In this document: positions 1 through 9,792 of the stretch, in pieces
How positions within the stretch are numbered: position 1 is the stretch's first letter
Layout of the letters: each line of letters starts with the position of its first letter
NCBI GenBank assembly: GCA_048498835.1
Contig: JBEHXF010000026.1
Location: 1 to 27,808 of the forward strand
DNA length: 27,808 bases
Source: Chlamydiota bacterium
GTDB lineage: Bacteria; Chlamydiota; Chlamydiia; Chlamydiales; SM23-39
Direction of reading: 5' to 3'
Program-made: the position numbers and the translations under genes
The notes under the pieces: generated by a model
Told to the model about the DNA's origin: nothing
Database searches by the model: none
Seen by the model: the letters and a program-made list of their open reading frames with translations, nothing else

Positions 1-3000
1 TAAGCGATCTAACCGTAATCGAGCGATTGGTAGAGCGTATGTTAATTCCATCCGTATTAATTCCCCCTCCAACTGAGACAGGCCCCCCAGTCGCGGTGAT
101 CACAAGGGCCCCGGATCCGGCTATAGAACTTGAAAATGTGATCCCAGATGATCCGGTGTCTTCAAAAGTCGCTCCACCGCTAATTGTCACTGGAGTGGTA
201 TAAATTTGGGTACTTCCATTCGTTCGAACGAGCGTGGGAGCTGCGCAACTTCCCGCCGTCACATCCAGGCGAGTCAACGGCGTTGAGGCGCCAATCTGTC
301 CAGATAAAACGACAGCGGAAGAGCCTGCGTCGATCGTCAAAGCCTGAGCGTTATCGATCGTTCCTCCAAAAGAAATACCGCCAGCGTTGGTATTGATATT
401 CACCGCAGCGCTTAAAGTGGTCGCTCCAGCCGATCGGCTAAACGAACCAGCGCGCACATTTACTCCGAGAGGGAGCGTATTGGAGGTTGTGATCGTGACC
501 GTACCTAAACGGACCGAATCACCCAATGCGCCGCCCAGAGTAATGACGCCACTGCCTGCATTCAGGGTAAAATCATATCCCCCATTGACGGTACTCGAGC
601 AAGTGATGTCTCCATCCGCAGGCGAAGCTTGTGTGGATAAAGTCGTATTGCCTGTGAGAGTGATTGGGCCTGTAAAAGTAATAATGGCGTTATTATTTAA
701 GAGGGTCCCAGCCACGCTAAAGGCATCAGAGGTTAAATTGATGAAATTGGACGTGGTGATGTTGTTTGCAATCGTACAGCTACTGCTGCTCACAACGGTT
801 AAGGAAGAAAGAGGTGTTGCACCGGCGCCTACGGTATTGGAAAAAGTTACGCTTCCCGTTCCTGCTGTCACTTGCAAAGTGCGCGGAGTCGTTACGTTAG
901 AAATCGTATTTGAAAAAAAGACATTCCCAGCTCCAGAGCCGCTATTGATCGCAGCATTCGCTGTCAATAATACACTCCCTGTAAATGAAATCGTAGCATC
1001 ACTTGTTGTTATGTTGGCTCCAATCGCATTTGCCAAAGATCCAGCACCGCCGCCTGCTGTGCCAATAAAACTGATTGAGCCGCTGTTCGAAAGCGCGGCA
1101 GCTAAATTGATTCCGTGACTTGCCGCTCCTGCGCCCCCCGTCCCGGTAAACGCTATGGATGAAGCAGTAGCTCCCGTCCATGCTGTCGTAACTGAAATCC
1201 CATAAGAACTACCACCGCTCGCCGAACTCGTCCCGTTTACAGATATAGCTCCTGTTGTCTGAATCGGACTTGTGGCATCTAACACCACTCCGACGCTCGC
1301 ATTCGATCCGCTCGCCGAGCCCGTCAAACTGACCGTTCCGCTTCCTGTCGAAATGGTCGTTCCATTACCCACTAGAATACCGTGAGAAATTCCATTCGAA
1401 TTTCCACCCGTTCCATTCAATGTGATGCTGCCTGTCCCTGTCGTGCTAATGGTCGATAAAGGACCTGTAGTAAAGAGCTGAATCCCGCGCGAAGTTCCCG
1501 TAGTGGCCAAGGTAGAAGCTGTGATTTGGATCGTACCGCCGCTTGTAGAAGACAAAGTGCCTGCCAAAACCGCGCCGGTCAAAACGCACCCACTGCTTGA
1601 ACTTCCCGTCCCACCGATGATTTGATTGGTCGCTGTAATGTGTCCCGGAGTGGAGAAAGCCGCGTTGACATCGAACCCATCAGAAGCACTGCCTGATCCC
1701 CCTTTGCATCCGGTAACCGTGACTGTTCCATCTGTAATTGAAGATCCAAATGTAACGGTGCTGCTCGCGCTGCTATTGGTCGACCAAGATGCACTAATGG
1801 CGACTCCCGCGGAAGTAATTCCACTCGATGAACTATTGCCGCTGACGTTGATATTGCCCAACGTTTGAATCGCTGTAGTAGAAGAAATCAAGACTCCTTC
1901 TGAAGCCCCACTTCCTCTCGCAATTCCCCCCACGCTAATCGTTCCACTGCCACTAGTGATAGAGGTTCCCGTATTGATCAAAACACCTCTCGAGTTCCCA
2001 CTCGAATTTCCGCCTGTCCCGATCAATTTGATAGTCCCTGATCCTGTCGTAGTAATCATCGCTCCAGAAGTGGACACTTGAATGCCGTGAGAGCTGCCTG
2101 TTGTAGACTGACTCAAAGCGGTGATGTTGATATCCCCTGCGCCATCGGAAGCGATTTTCGCGCTTGCGCCCGAGACAGAACAACCCATGCCACCGGAACC
2201 GGTACCGCTTTGAATCCCGGTTGTGGCGGTAATACTCCCCGATGTGGTGAACGCCGACTGCACGTTCAATCCATCGGAAACGTTCCCTGAGCCACCGGTG
2301 CAATTTGAAAAGGTGATCAGACCACTTGTATTCGTTGTCCAGGGATTCGTGAGAATTGTGACTCCATGAGATGCGATTCCTGTCGCTGCGCTAGTCCCAC
2401 TCACACTGATCGGACCCGTTGAGCTGGTGATACCCCCCGTCTCAATTCGAATCCCTTCACTTACTCCAGATGCGCCAACCGGAACAGAACCAGTGAGTAA
2501 AATCGAACCTCCAGTTGTGCTAATTCCCCCGCCACTGACATAAATACCCCGCGATGTGCCGGTACTTGCGCTCGAAGCGGTTCCATTCAGCGTAATACTG
2601 CCATTGTTAGTTGATAATGTTCCGCTTTGTAGATAAATTCCATGCAAGCCAGTCCCGCTTCCAGAACCAATTCCTGTCAGGGTGATATTTCCAGCTGATG
2701 TAATGACGTTAGCTCCGATAGTAATGCCCGCATAAGCGCTCGCACTACCAACTCCCGTCGTTGAAAAATCGATCGTGTTTTGAGAAGAAGTTCCGGTAAC
2801 GGTAATCGCGCCCTGAATCGAAATCGGCCCTGCAGCTCGGAAGATGAGCCGATTGGTCGAACCGCTGGTAAAGGTTCCTGTTGAATCGACCGTAATACCG
2901 CCGTTTTCAGCGCCACCACCACCCGTTGTATCAACTGTGACGTTGCCGGACATTAAAGCGCTCGTCAACGTCGTAACATTTAAAACGGATGGAGTATTGG

Positions 3001-4174
3001 ATGGAACAAAAGGAGAAGAGCCAGAAATATTGTTATCCGCTCCGTTTGAAATCGTCACGTTATACGGATCAAGAAGAAGCATCCCAACTTTTCCTACAGG
3101 TGCCAGAAGATCCGCAAATCCTTGATAATCAAGAACATGCCCAGAAACTTCTACAAAGCCTCCATCGCCTCCCAGCTCTCCGCCTCTAGCCTGAATGGTT
3201 CCACTGAAATGGGTAAAACCATCACTCCAGATAATGACCTGGCCAGCATCTTCATTGATTCCACCGCAAACATCCAAATCGCCTGTTACGACCGTCTGTT
3301 GTGCATTTGGAACCACAGGGTTCTCCCCCCGAAAATGCCCCCCAATCAAAATTTCTCCTGACGGCGCCTGCATCTTTCCATTTGCCTGGATCTCATCGCC
3401 AAAGACATGAATTTTTGAAGCTTCAATCAGCGATTCTTCGCCTATGTCCACTGCCGCGCGCAAATAAAGACGTCCCCCTTCTTCTACAAGAACGCTCCCC
3501 TGGTCCTCAGTTCCCATGTTAATTGCAAACGAAGCAACGCCCCGAGTTTGCATATCGGCTTCGATCTTATCGCGGTCCACTTCCTCTGGTCGAATAAATA
3601 CCAGTGCATTCCCGTTGGCATTCAGAAGGATTTCATGACCCGCAATCAACGATACAATTCCATCCGAGCGAATCGTTCCCTGATTTTCTACTCCATGAGC
3701 AAGAAGGGCGACGGGACCTCCAGACGTCTCAATCGTGCCTAAATTGACGACCGAACCGAACTCATCGCCGATGAGGTGTAAATCCTGTCCCGAAAGAAAT
3801 TCTTCGGGACGAATCTCAAGAGCTGAAGCGATAAAAGCCGCTGTATCAACTCTCCCCTCTTTTCCGATGACAACTCCCTGGCGATTGACGAGATAAACTT
3901 GTCCATTGGCTTGCAACAAACCCATCAGTTGGCTCATTTCCGAGCCGACAACACGATTCAGAACCGCAGAGCTAGAGGAGGGTTGGATAAAACGAGTCAC
4001 TTCGCCTGGCTGAATCGAAAAAGATTCCCAATTTAAAATCGCTCGATTAGAAACTTGAACTTCGAGGGAAGAGCCTGATGCAACTGCTTGTGCCTCTCCT
4101 GCTACTACAACCATCTGCTCAGGATTGGCATAGAGAGACCCAGAGAGGAGTATAAAAAGAACGGTTGCTCGCAT
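1..4174 (-). CDS. Large TpsA / filamentous-haemagglutinin-family secreted beta-helical exoprotein (3' end lies beyond the window, >1391 aa)
   Basis: Hand translation from ATG at 4174 is open to position 2 with no stop. It starts MRATVLFILLSGSLYA|NPEQMVVVAGEA (Sec signal, then TPS start). TPS-domain motifs follow: RAILNWESFSI, FIQPSSSSAVLNRVVG, GLLQANGQVYLVNRQGVVIG, then WSDGFTHFSGTIQARGG, GGFVEVSG and GMLLLDP (3079-3065). The rest is Gly/Ser/Thr-rich beta-helix repeats. Confidence 0.93.
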   Translation of the reverse strand, partial: MRATVLFILLSGSLYANPEQMVVVAGEAQAVASGSSLEVQVSNRAILNWESFSIQPGEVTRFIQPSSSSAVLNRVVGSEMSQLMGLLQANGQVYLVNRQGVVIGKEGRVDTAAFIASALEIRPEEFLSGQDLHLIGDEFGSVVNLGTIETSGGPVALLAHGVENQGTIRSDGIVSLIAGHEILLNANGNALVFIRPEEVDRDKIEADMQTRGVASFAINMGTEDQGSVLVEEGGRLYLRAAVDIGEESLIEASKIHVFGDEIQANGKMQAPSGEILIGGHFRGENPVVPNAQQTVVTGDLDVCGGINEDAGQVIIWSDGFTHFSGTIQARGGELGGDGGFVEVSGHVLDYQGFADLLAPVGKVGMLLLDPYNVTISNGADNNISGSSPFVPSNTPSVLNVTTLTSALMSGNVTVDTTGGGGAENGGITVDSTGTFTSGSTNRLIFRAAGPISIQGAITVTGTSSQNTIDFSTTGVGSASAYAGITIGANVITSAGNITLTGIGSGSGTGLHGIYLQSGTLSTNNGSITLNGTASSASTGTSRGIYVSGGGISTTGGSILLTGSVPVGASGVSEGIRIETGGITSSTGPISVSGTSAATGIASHGVTILTNPWTTNTSGLITFSNCTGGSGNVSDGLNVQSAFTTSGSITATTGIQSGTGSGGMGCSVSGASAKIASDGAGDINITALSQSTTGSSHGIQVSTSGAMITTTGSGTIKLIGTGGNSSGNSRGVLINTGTSITSGSGTISVGGIARGSGASEGVLISSTTAIQTLGNINVSGNSSSSGITSAGVAISASWSTNSSASSTVTFGSSITDGTVTVTGCKGGSGSASDGFDVNAAFSTPGHITATNQIIGGTGSSSSGCVLTGAVLAGTLSSTSGGTIQITASTLATTGTSRGIQLFTTGPLSTISTTGTGSITLNGTGGNSNGISHGILVGNGTTISTGSGTVSLTGSASGSNASVGVVLDATSPIQTTGAISVNGTSSASGGSSYGISVTTAWTGATASSIAFTGTGGAGAASHGINLAAALSNSGSISFIGTAGGGAGSLANAIGANITTSDATISFTGSVLLTANAAINSGSGAGNVFFSNTISNVTTPRTLQVTAGTGSVTFSNTVGAGATPLSSLTVVSSSSCTIANNITTSNFINLTSDAFSVAGTLLNNNAIITFTGPITLTGNTTLSTQASPADGDITCSSTVNGGYDFTLNAGSGVITLGGALGDSVRLGTVTITTSNTLPLGVNVRAGSFSRSAGATTLSAAVNINTNAGGISFGGTIDNAQALTIDAGSSAVVLSGQIGASTPLTRLDVTAGSCAAPTLVRTNGSTQIYTTPVTISGGATFEDTGSSGITFSSSIAGSGALVITATGGPVSVGGGINTDGINIRSTNRSITVRSL
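1080..2700 (-). repeat. Intragenic protein-level repeats of the TpsA: ~28-30 aa rungs grouped into ~185-200 aa super-repeats
   Basis: Recurring G-x-I-x-(L/V)-x-G...S(H/R/E)G(I/V) rungs. Equivalent Trp codons lie at 2341, 1786 and 1180 (185 and 202 codons apart). Confidence 0.75.
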
Positions 4175-4193
4175 CTCATAAATTTAAAATAAA

Positions 4194-7100
4194 TTATACT
4201 TTTTTACGAGCTTCAATCCATCCGTTGAGCTTTTCTTGCATCACTTCGAAGTAATAATAGAGAACGGGAGTTAAAAGAAGAGTCAATAGTTGGGAGATAA
4301 TCAATCCCCCCACGATACAAAGACCGAGCGGCTGCAAGCTCTTTGCAAACGGCCCCCCAATTCCCGTTGCAATCGGCACAGCACCCATCATAGCAGCCAG
4401 GGTCGTCATCAAAATGGGACGAAATCGAATGAGGCAAGCTTCAATGATCGCATCATAGGGTGATTTCTTTTCTTTTTCGACAGCTACAATAGCAAAGTCG
4501 ACCATCATGATTCCGTTCTTCAAAACCATGCCGATCAAGAGAATCAAGCCGACAAAGGAATACAGAGAAAGAGTCTGACCAAACACCATCAGCGTCAATA
4601 AGCCACCCAATAATGTCGGCGGAAGAGCGCTCATCACCGTCAAAGGGTGAATAAAACTCTCATATAAGATGCCCAAAACGATGTAGATTACGAAGAAAGC
4701 GAGAATCATCAAAGTGGATAAACTGGCAAATGACTGACTAAAAATCTGCGCGGTCCCAATGACTTGCCCGTACACATGAGCGGGTTTATCATCTTTTGCA
4801 AGTGTATTCAACGTTTCCAAAACGGTTCCTAACGGAACTCCTTCGGCTGGATTAAACGAAATCCCTACTGCTGGTAAGCCGTTGATGTGATTGACCGTAA
4901 GAGGCCCTACATCATCTACAACTTGTACAATTTCTGACATGGGGACGAGTGCCCCTGTTTGCGAGCGCACATAGAGCTGCGAAATCACTGTTGGATCGCG
5001 ATAAAAAGCAGGTAGCGTTTCAATCATCACGTTATACTGATTGATGTCGCCATTGATCTGAGAAATTTTATTATCTGAATAGGCATAGGTAAGGAAGTTC
5101 TCAATATCGGTTGCGCTAATATTGAAATTCGAGGCTTTATCGCGCAAAATCTTCAAAGACCATTGCGGCTGACCAATTCTTAAATCGGAAGAAACTTGCG
5201 AAAAGTGCGGATTTGCCCGAACTTTGGAAAGCAATTGAGGAGCAAAACCATACAATGCATCTTGATCGATACTTGTTAAAGAATACTGATAGTTTGCTTG
5301 CGCCGTTGTTCCAACCTGCAAATTGATCAATGGGATGGGAGACAGATAAATATTCACACCAGGTAATTCTTTCAATTTTGTAGTCAGCTCTCGTATCACA
5401 TCTTTCATGGGAAGGCGATCTGCATAAGGTTTTAATTGCAGAAACAAAAGCCCCTCATTCGGATTTGTATAGGAACTAACGGAAATAATCGAATGGACAT
5501 TCGGATCATCAATGACAATTTTGTTGATTTGCTGATGGTATTCGTCCATTAAATAGGGCGAAGTTCCATCTCGTGCCAAGGTAAAACCTTGGATAAAACC
5601 AATATCATCATCAGGTAAAAATTCCGTGGGAATCTGGGTATACAGAAGTGCTGAACAGATGACGCTTAAAAACCCCACTCCAATCATTGTTATTCGGTGG
5701 TTCATCGCCCACAAAAGACAGGGTTCGTAAATTCTCTTTAGACGTTCAATTAATCGATCGGAAAATTTCTCCATCCAAGTCCGTTTGTCTTTGTCGTAGG
5801 GCTTGACAAACCGGCTAGAAAGCATAGGTGTCAGTGTTAAGGCCACAAAACCAGAGATAAATACCACCGTAACAATCGTCACGGCAAACTCACGGAATAG
5901 GCGTCCGACTACCCCCGCCATAAATAGCATCGGAATAAAGGCAGCGATGAGGCAGAGAGTCATACTTAAAACAGTGGTGCTGATCTCTCTTGATCCATCG
6001 ATCGCAGCTTTAAAAGGATCTTCTCCCATCTGCACGTGGCGTACGTTATTCTCTAAAACGACAATCGCATCATCGACCAAAAAGCCCATAGCCAGTGTAA
6101 TCGCGAGAAGAGAGAGAAGATCGACGCTAAATCCATAGAGCAGCATCATGGCAAAAGTGCCGAAGATTGCGATGGGTAGCGCCACCGATGGGATAATGGT
6201 ATTGAGCGCTTTTCCTAAAAAGAGATAAATGATCCCCACAACGAGAATAAGGGCGAGGATAAGAGTGTATTGAACATCATCGACCCCTTCGATGATTGAA
6301 ACCGACTGATCGTATAATTTGAGAATTTTTAACGAATCGGGAATCTGCGGCTTCATTTTTTCTAATAGCTGTTCGATATCCTCCACGATTTGGACGGTAT
6401 TCGAGCCGGGAAGTCTTTGAATCGCCAAAATGATACAGGGATTCGTCGCTTCTTTCGTAACGTATTTATGAAAAAATTTATCATTTTGAACGCTATCTAA
6501 AGAGCGACCTACATCGCGGATTTTAACCAGCGTCCCATCGTTATTTTTAATCACCAATTCTGCATATGGATCCGCCGTAAACAATTGCCCATCGGCATCT
6601 ACCGTGTAGTTTTCTGTAGGACCCCATAAAGTTCCCAGCGGAAGATCGACGTTCCCTCTTCTGATCACAGCAGTGACTTGATCAATCCCGATATTTTTTG
6701 CCGCTAATTTACCTGGATCTACCTGAACCCGAACAGCAAAGGGGGAACCATAAGTAAGAACTTGCGCTACGCCCTCAATCATTGAGAGTCGCTTGCCGAT
6801 ATACGTATTCCCATAATCGTACAAAGTCCCCTCAGTCATATTATCTGAGTAGAGAATGTAGTATAAAATCGGAGTAGCTGCCGGGTTTACTTTCTGATAG
6901 GTGGGGTTATTCGGCAAATCAGAAGGTAAATAGGGTTGTGCACGGCTAATCGCCGCTTGTACATCAGTCGAAGCTGAGTCGATATCGCGATTGAGGTCAA
7001 ATTGCAATACGATCGTTGATGAGCCTGTATTGCTCGTTGAAAAGAGAGTTTTAAGCCCCTCAATCGTCATGAATTGTTGCTCTAAAGGAGTTGCAACAGA

Positions 7101-7283
7101 ATTGGCCATCGTGTCAGGACTTGCGCCTGGATAACTGACATCGACTACGATTGTCGGCATATCGACATTTGGGAGATCGCTGACAGGTAGGGCCTTGTAA
7201 GCTAAAATCCCGAAAACCAAAATACTCGCCATCACCAGCAAAGTCATGACCGGTCGGCGAATGAATGGTTCTGATAGATTCAT
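4194..7283 (-). CDS. RND-family (AcrB/MdtB/MdtC-like) efflux permease
   Basis: 1029 aa. N-terminus MNLSEPFIRRPVMTLL is typical of MdtB/C. The proton-relay motifs GFLVDDAIVV, LKNGIMMVD and RFRPILMTT are intact. Confidence 0.95.
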   Translation of the reverse strand: MNLSEPFIRRPVMTLLVMASILVFGILAYKALPVSDLPNVDMPTIVVDVSYPGASPDTMANSVATPLEQQFMTIEGLKTLFSTSNTGSSTIVLQFDLNRDIDSASTDVQAAISRAQPYLPSDLPNNPTYQKVNPAATPILYYILYSDNMTEGTLYDYGNTYIGKRLSMIEGVAQVLTYGSPFAVRVQVDPGKLAAKNIGIDQVTAVIRRGNVDLPLGTLWGPTENYTVDADGQLFTADPYAELVIKNNDGTLVKIRDVGRSLDSVQNDKFFHKYVTKEATNPCIILAIQRLPGSNTVQIVEDIEQLLEKMKPQIPDSLKILKLYDQSVSIIEGVDDVQYTLILALILVVGIIYLFLGKALNTIIPSVALPIAIFGTFAMMLLYGFSVDLLSLLAITLAMGFLVDDAIVVLENNVRHVQMGEDPFKAAIDGSREISTTVLSMTLCLIAAFIPMLFMAGVVGRLFREFAVTIVTVVFISGFVALTLTPMLSSRFVKPYDKDKRTWMEKFSDRLIERLKRIYEPCLLWAMNHRITMIGVGFLSVICSALLYTQIPTEFLPDDDIGFIQGFTLARDGTSPYLMDEYHQQINKIVIDDPNVHSIISVSSYTNPNEGLLFLQLKPYADRLPMKDVIRELTTKLKELPGVNIYLSPIPLINLQVGTTAQANYQYSLTSIDQDALYGFAPQLLSKVRANPHFSQVSSDLRIGQPQWSLKILRDKASNFNISATDIENFLTYAYSDNKISQINGDINQYNVMIETLPAFYRDPTVISQLYVRSQTGALVPMSEIVQVVDDVGPLTVNHINGLPAVGISFNPAEGVPLGTVLETLNTLAKDDKPAHVYGQVIGTAQIFSQSFASLSTLMILAFFVIYIVLGILYESFIHPLTVMSALPPTLLGGLLTLMVFGQTLSLYSFVGLILLIGMVLKNGIMMVDFAIVAVEKEKKSPYDAIIEACLIRFRPILMTTLAAMMGAVPIATGIGGPFAKSLQPLGLCIVGGLIISQLLTLLLTPVLYYYFEVMQEKLNGWIEARKKV

Positions 7284-8368
7284 TTCTGCCCTTTAATAGA
7301 AACCTTTGCACCCGAATACAGATTGATCAAGCCATCTGTCGCGATTCTTTCTCCCCCCTGCAATCCTGAGAGAACAATGACCGTATCCTCTTGTCGCTGA
7401 CCGAGCTTAACCGCTTTTTGTTCCACAACGCCGCTGTCATTAACCACAAAAACCATGGGACCATTGAGCGTCATTTGAACAGCGAAATGGGGAATAACAA
7501 CCGCATTTTTCTGCGTGTGCAGAAGCAGCCGCGCCCGCACAAATTGTCCTGGCCACAGCTCGCGATTTTTATTCTCGAAAATTCCCCGAATTTTGATCAT
7601 ACCCGTCTCTTCGTCGACCATATTGTCCACCATATAGAGAGAGCCTTCAAAGACCTCGTCTTTAAAACTCTCGTAAGCAGCCAATACTTTTAAAGGTACA
7701 TCCCCAGTCCGCCCATACTTTTGAACAAGAGGTAACTGATTTTCTGGGATTGAAAATGTGACATAGATGGGAGCCATCTGATTGAGCGTAACAAGCGTTT
7801 GATCGCCCGCTGTAACCAAATTCCCGTAATCGACCTGTAAAATCCCCACCATTCCATCGATTGGAGCATATATCCAACAGTAATCCAGATTGATTGCTGC
7901 GCTATCGACCGCTGCCTGGTTTTGTTGGACCGTTCCCGTATTCGTAGCGAAATTAGACTGGAGTGTTTCGTAATCGATCTGAGAATAATATTCGTCATTC
8001 GCTAAAGCTTTATATCGCTTGACCCTCTCTTCTGAAATCGCAAGATTCGCCAATGTACCCTCTAGCGTACCTTGCGCTTGCTTGAGCGCAGCTTCATAGG
8101 GTTTCGGATCAATCGTAAAAAGCAAATCGCCCGCTTTAACTTCTTGACCCTGTTTGAAATATACTCCCGTCAACTCCCCCTCAATACGAGAACGAACATG
8201 GATCGTAGTCACCGAGTCGACGTGTCCTAACCCTTCCAGAAAAATAGGCACATCTTTTACTTCAGCGACTGCAATTCGCACCGCCACAGGTGTTGCTTGG
8301 GAGGGTGGAGCCTTTTTCGAGCAACCAAACAAGAATAAAAGACTTAAGAGGACTGCTGTTTGTCGCAT
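7280..8368 (-). CDS. RND periplasmic adaptor / membrane fusion protein (MdtA/AcrA-like), lipoprotein
   Basis: ATG at 8368 preferred over GTG at 8374. Lipobox LFGC; lipoyl/biotin-like halves (FKQGQEVKAGDLLFTIDP, IYAPIDG); LWPGQFV. Overlaps the RND start by 4 nt. Confidence 0.93.
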   Translation of the reverse strand: MRQTAVLLSLLFLFGCSKKAPPSQATPVAVRIAVAEVKDVPIFLEGLGHVDSVTTIHVRSRIEGELTGVYFKQGQEVKAGDLLFTIDPKPYEAALKQAQGTLEGTLANLAISEERVKRYKALANDEYYSQIDYETLQSNFATNTGTVQQNQAAVDSAAINLDYCWIYAPIDGMVGILQVDYGNLVTAGDQTLVTLNQMAPIYVTFSIPENQLPLVQKYGRTGDVPLKVLAAYESFKDEVFEGSLYMVDNMVDEETGMIKIRGIFENKNRELWPGQFVRARLLLHTQKNAVVIPHFAVQMTLNGPMVFVVNDSGVVEQKAVKLGQRQEDTVIVLSGLQGGERIATDGLINLYSGAKVSIKGQK

Positions 8369-9792
8369 GGACACTCCTGTGGAGTAGTGGGAGGGCTACA
8401 AAGCGATCCGGTTGCGTAAGCAACTGCGGCCAGAGCAGTAAACCACTCTTTTTGAGAATAAGCTTTTTTCGATCGCGCGTCAGCCAACGAACTTTGGGCA
8501 GACATCACATCGAGAATCGTCGCAGTCCCAGCCTTATAACTGGATAGCGCGATCTTATATTCCATTTCGGCCGATTTTAAATATTCTGACGAGTCGCTTA
8601 AATTCTGAGCTGCCGTTTTTACGCTCATATGCGCCGTTGTGACATTCTGAATGATCGCAAGTTCTGTCTGCATCAATTGCGCTTTAGATTGATCGAGATT
8701 CGCCTCTGCCGTCCGAATTCCGTTCTTATAGTAAAACCCTTGGAAAAGAGGAAACGTCATTCCCAAAATCCCTTCCCAATGGAAGTGTTTCTCCTCCGCT
8801 CCCCCTTGAAACCAGTAGTGACCAAAACTCAAATCGGTGACGATTTGGGGTAAGACAGCTCGTTTGGCATTCAATAAAGAGGCCTCTTTCGAACGAACAG
8901 AAGCCTGGGCTGCCTGAAAATCTTGTCTCTGCTCTTGCGCTCTCGCTACGAGTAAATCGACGCTCTCCAACATCGGATCAGCGACGATTTCTTCAGGCAT
9001 GGGCTGAACTTTAAACGACAAGTTCGCTGGCAAACCAATATCGACAGAAAGTTGAGCATACGAATTTTCTACCAGTTGCTTTTGCGTCGTGTAGTTGATC
9101 TTCGCCTGTAAAAATTGAGTTCTTGCCTGAGCCACATCACCCAAGGCGGCCAAACCCAACGCAAATTTCTGATTGGCCGCATCGAGCGAGGTCTGTGCAT
9201 TTTCTAAATTCGCCTGTTTTGCTTCCAGTTGAGCCATCTGATACAAGTAGTCATAGTAGTCATCCATAACCGCCTGCATCACCGTTTGAATATTCTGGTT
9301 ATGGCTGAAATCGGCATAATACAAAGCTTCTCTTGCAGCCAAAGCCGCAGAACTTCTCTGGCCGAAGTCAAATAAGGTATAAGATAAGGTGAAATCAGGG
9401 CCTGCCTGCGTATAGTAATATAAGGTGGGCTGCAAGGGGCTAATGAACGTCCCTTGGTTCCTATAATAGCTGGCATTTACCTGAACGGATGGATAGAACT
9501 CGCTTAAACTCTGGCCATACTGACCTGCGGAAGCCCTCGCCTGTGCCCACGTCTGCTTAGTTGAGGGATTATTTTGCAGAGCGATATCCAACAACTCAGC
9601 TAAATTTAAAGCAGCCGTTTCAAAAGTGGGAGGTAAAACAGTTTGACAATACTTTGCGGAAACTAAACTATTTCCGCGCATCGGAGTCCAAGAAGAATAG
9701 GGAGTCGTTGGCGCCAAAGCCCAAGGATCGATGGCTTCGCGGGCGCATCCAACCAATAAAATGGATGGAATTAGAAAAATCCAACGGTTCAT
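8344..9792 (-). CDS. TolC-family outer membrane efflux protein, lipoprotein
   Basis: 482 aa. Lipobox LLVGC; two OEP repeats (LAELLDIALQNNP..., YKAGTATILDVMSAQSSL). Overlaps the MFP gene. Confidence 0.92.
   Translation of the reverse strand: MNRWIFLIPSILLVGCAREAIDPWALAPTTPYSSWTPMRGNSLVSAKYCQTVLPPTFETAALNLAELLDIALQNNPSTKQTWAQARASAGQYGQSLSEFYPSVQVNASYYRNQGTFISPLQPTLYYYTQAGPDFTLSYTLFDFGQRSSAALAAREALYYADFSHNQNIQTVMQAVMDDYYDYLYQMAQLEAKQANLENAQTSLDAANQKFALGLAALGDVAQARTQFLQAKINYTTQKQLVENSYAQLSVDIGLPANLSFKVQPMPEEIVADPMLESVDLLVARAQEQRQDFQAAQASVRSKEASLLNAKRAVLPQIVTDLSFGHYWFQGGAEEKHFHWEGILGMTFPLFQGFYYKNGIRTAEANLDQSKAQLMQTELAIIQNVTTAHMSVKTAAQNLSDSSEYLKSAEMEYKIALSSYKAGTATILDVMSAQSSLADARSKKAYSQKEWFTALAAVAYATGSLCSPPTTPQECPCDKQQSS

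Noticed and set aside
3325..3343. Two C6/G6 runs in the TpsA gene as phase-variation tracts
   Set aside because: Short, explained by Gly codons, and the frame is intact.
184..3742. Many short ORFs in the track, including the 243-aa plus-strand ORF 387-1118
   Set aside because: They are antisense or off-frame shadows of the continuous minus-strand TpsA frame.
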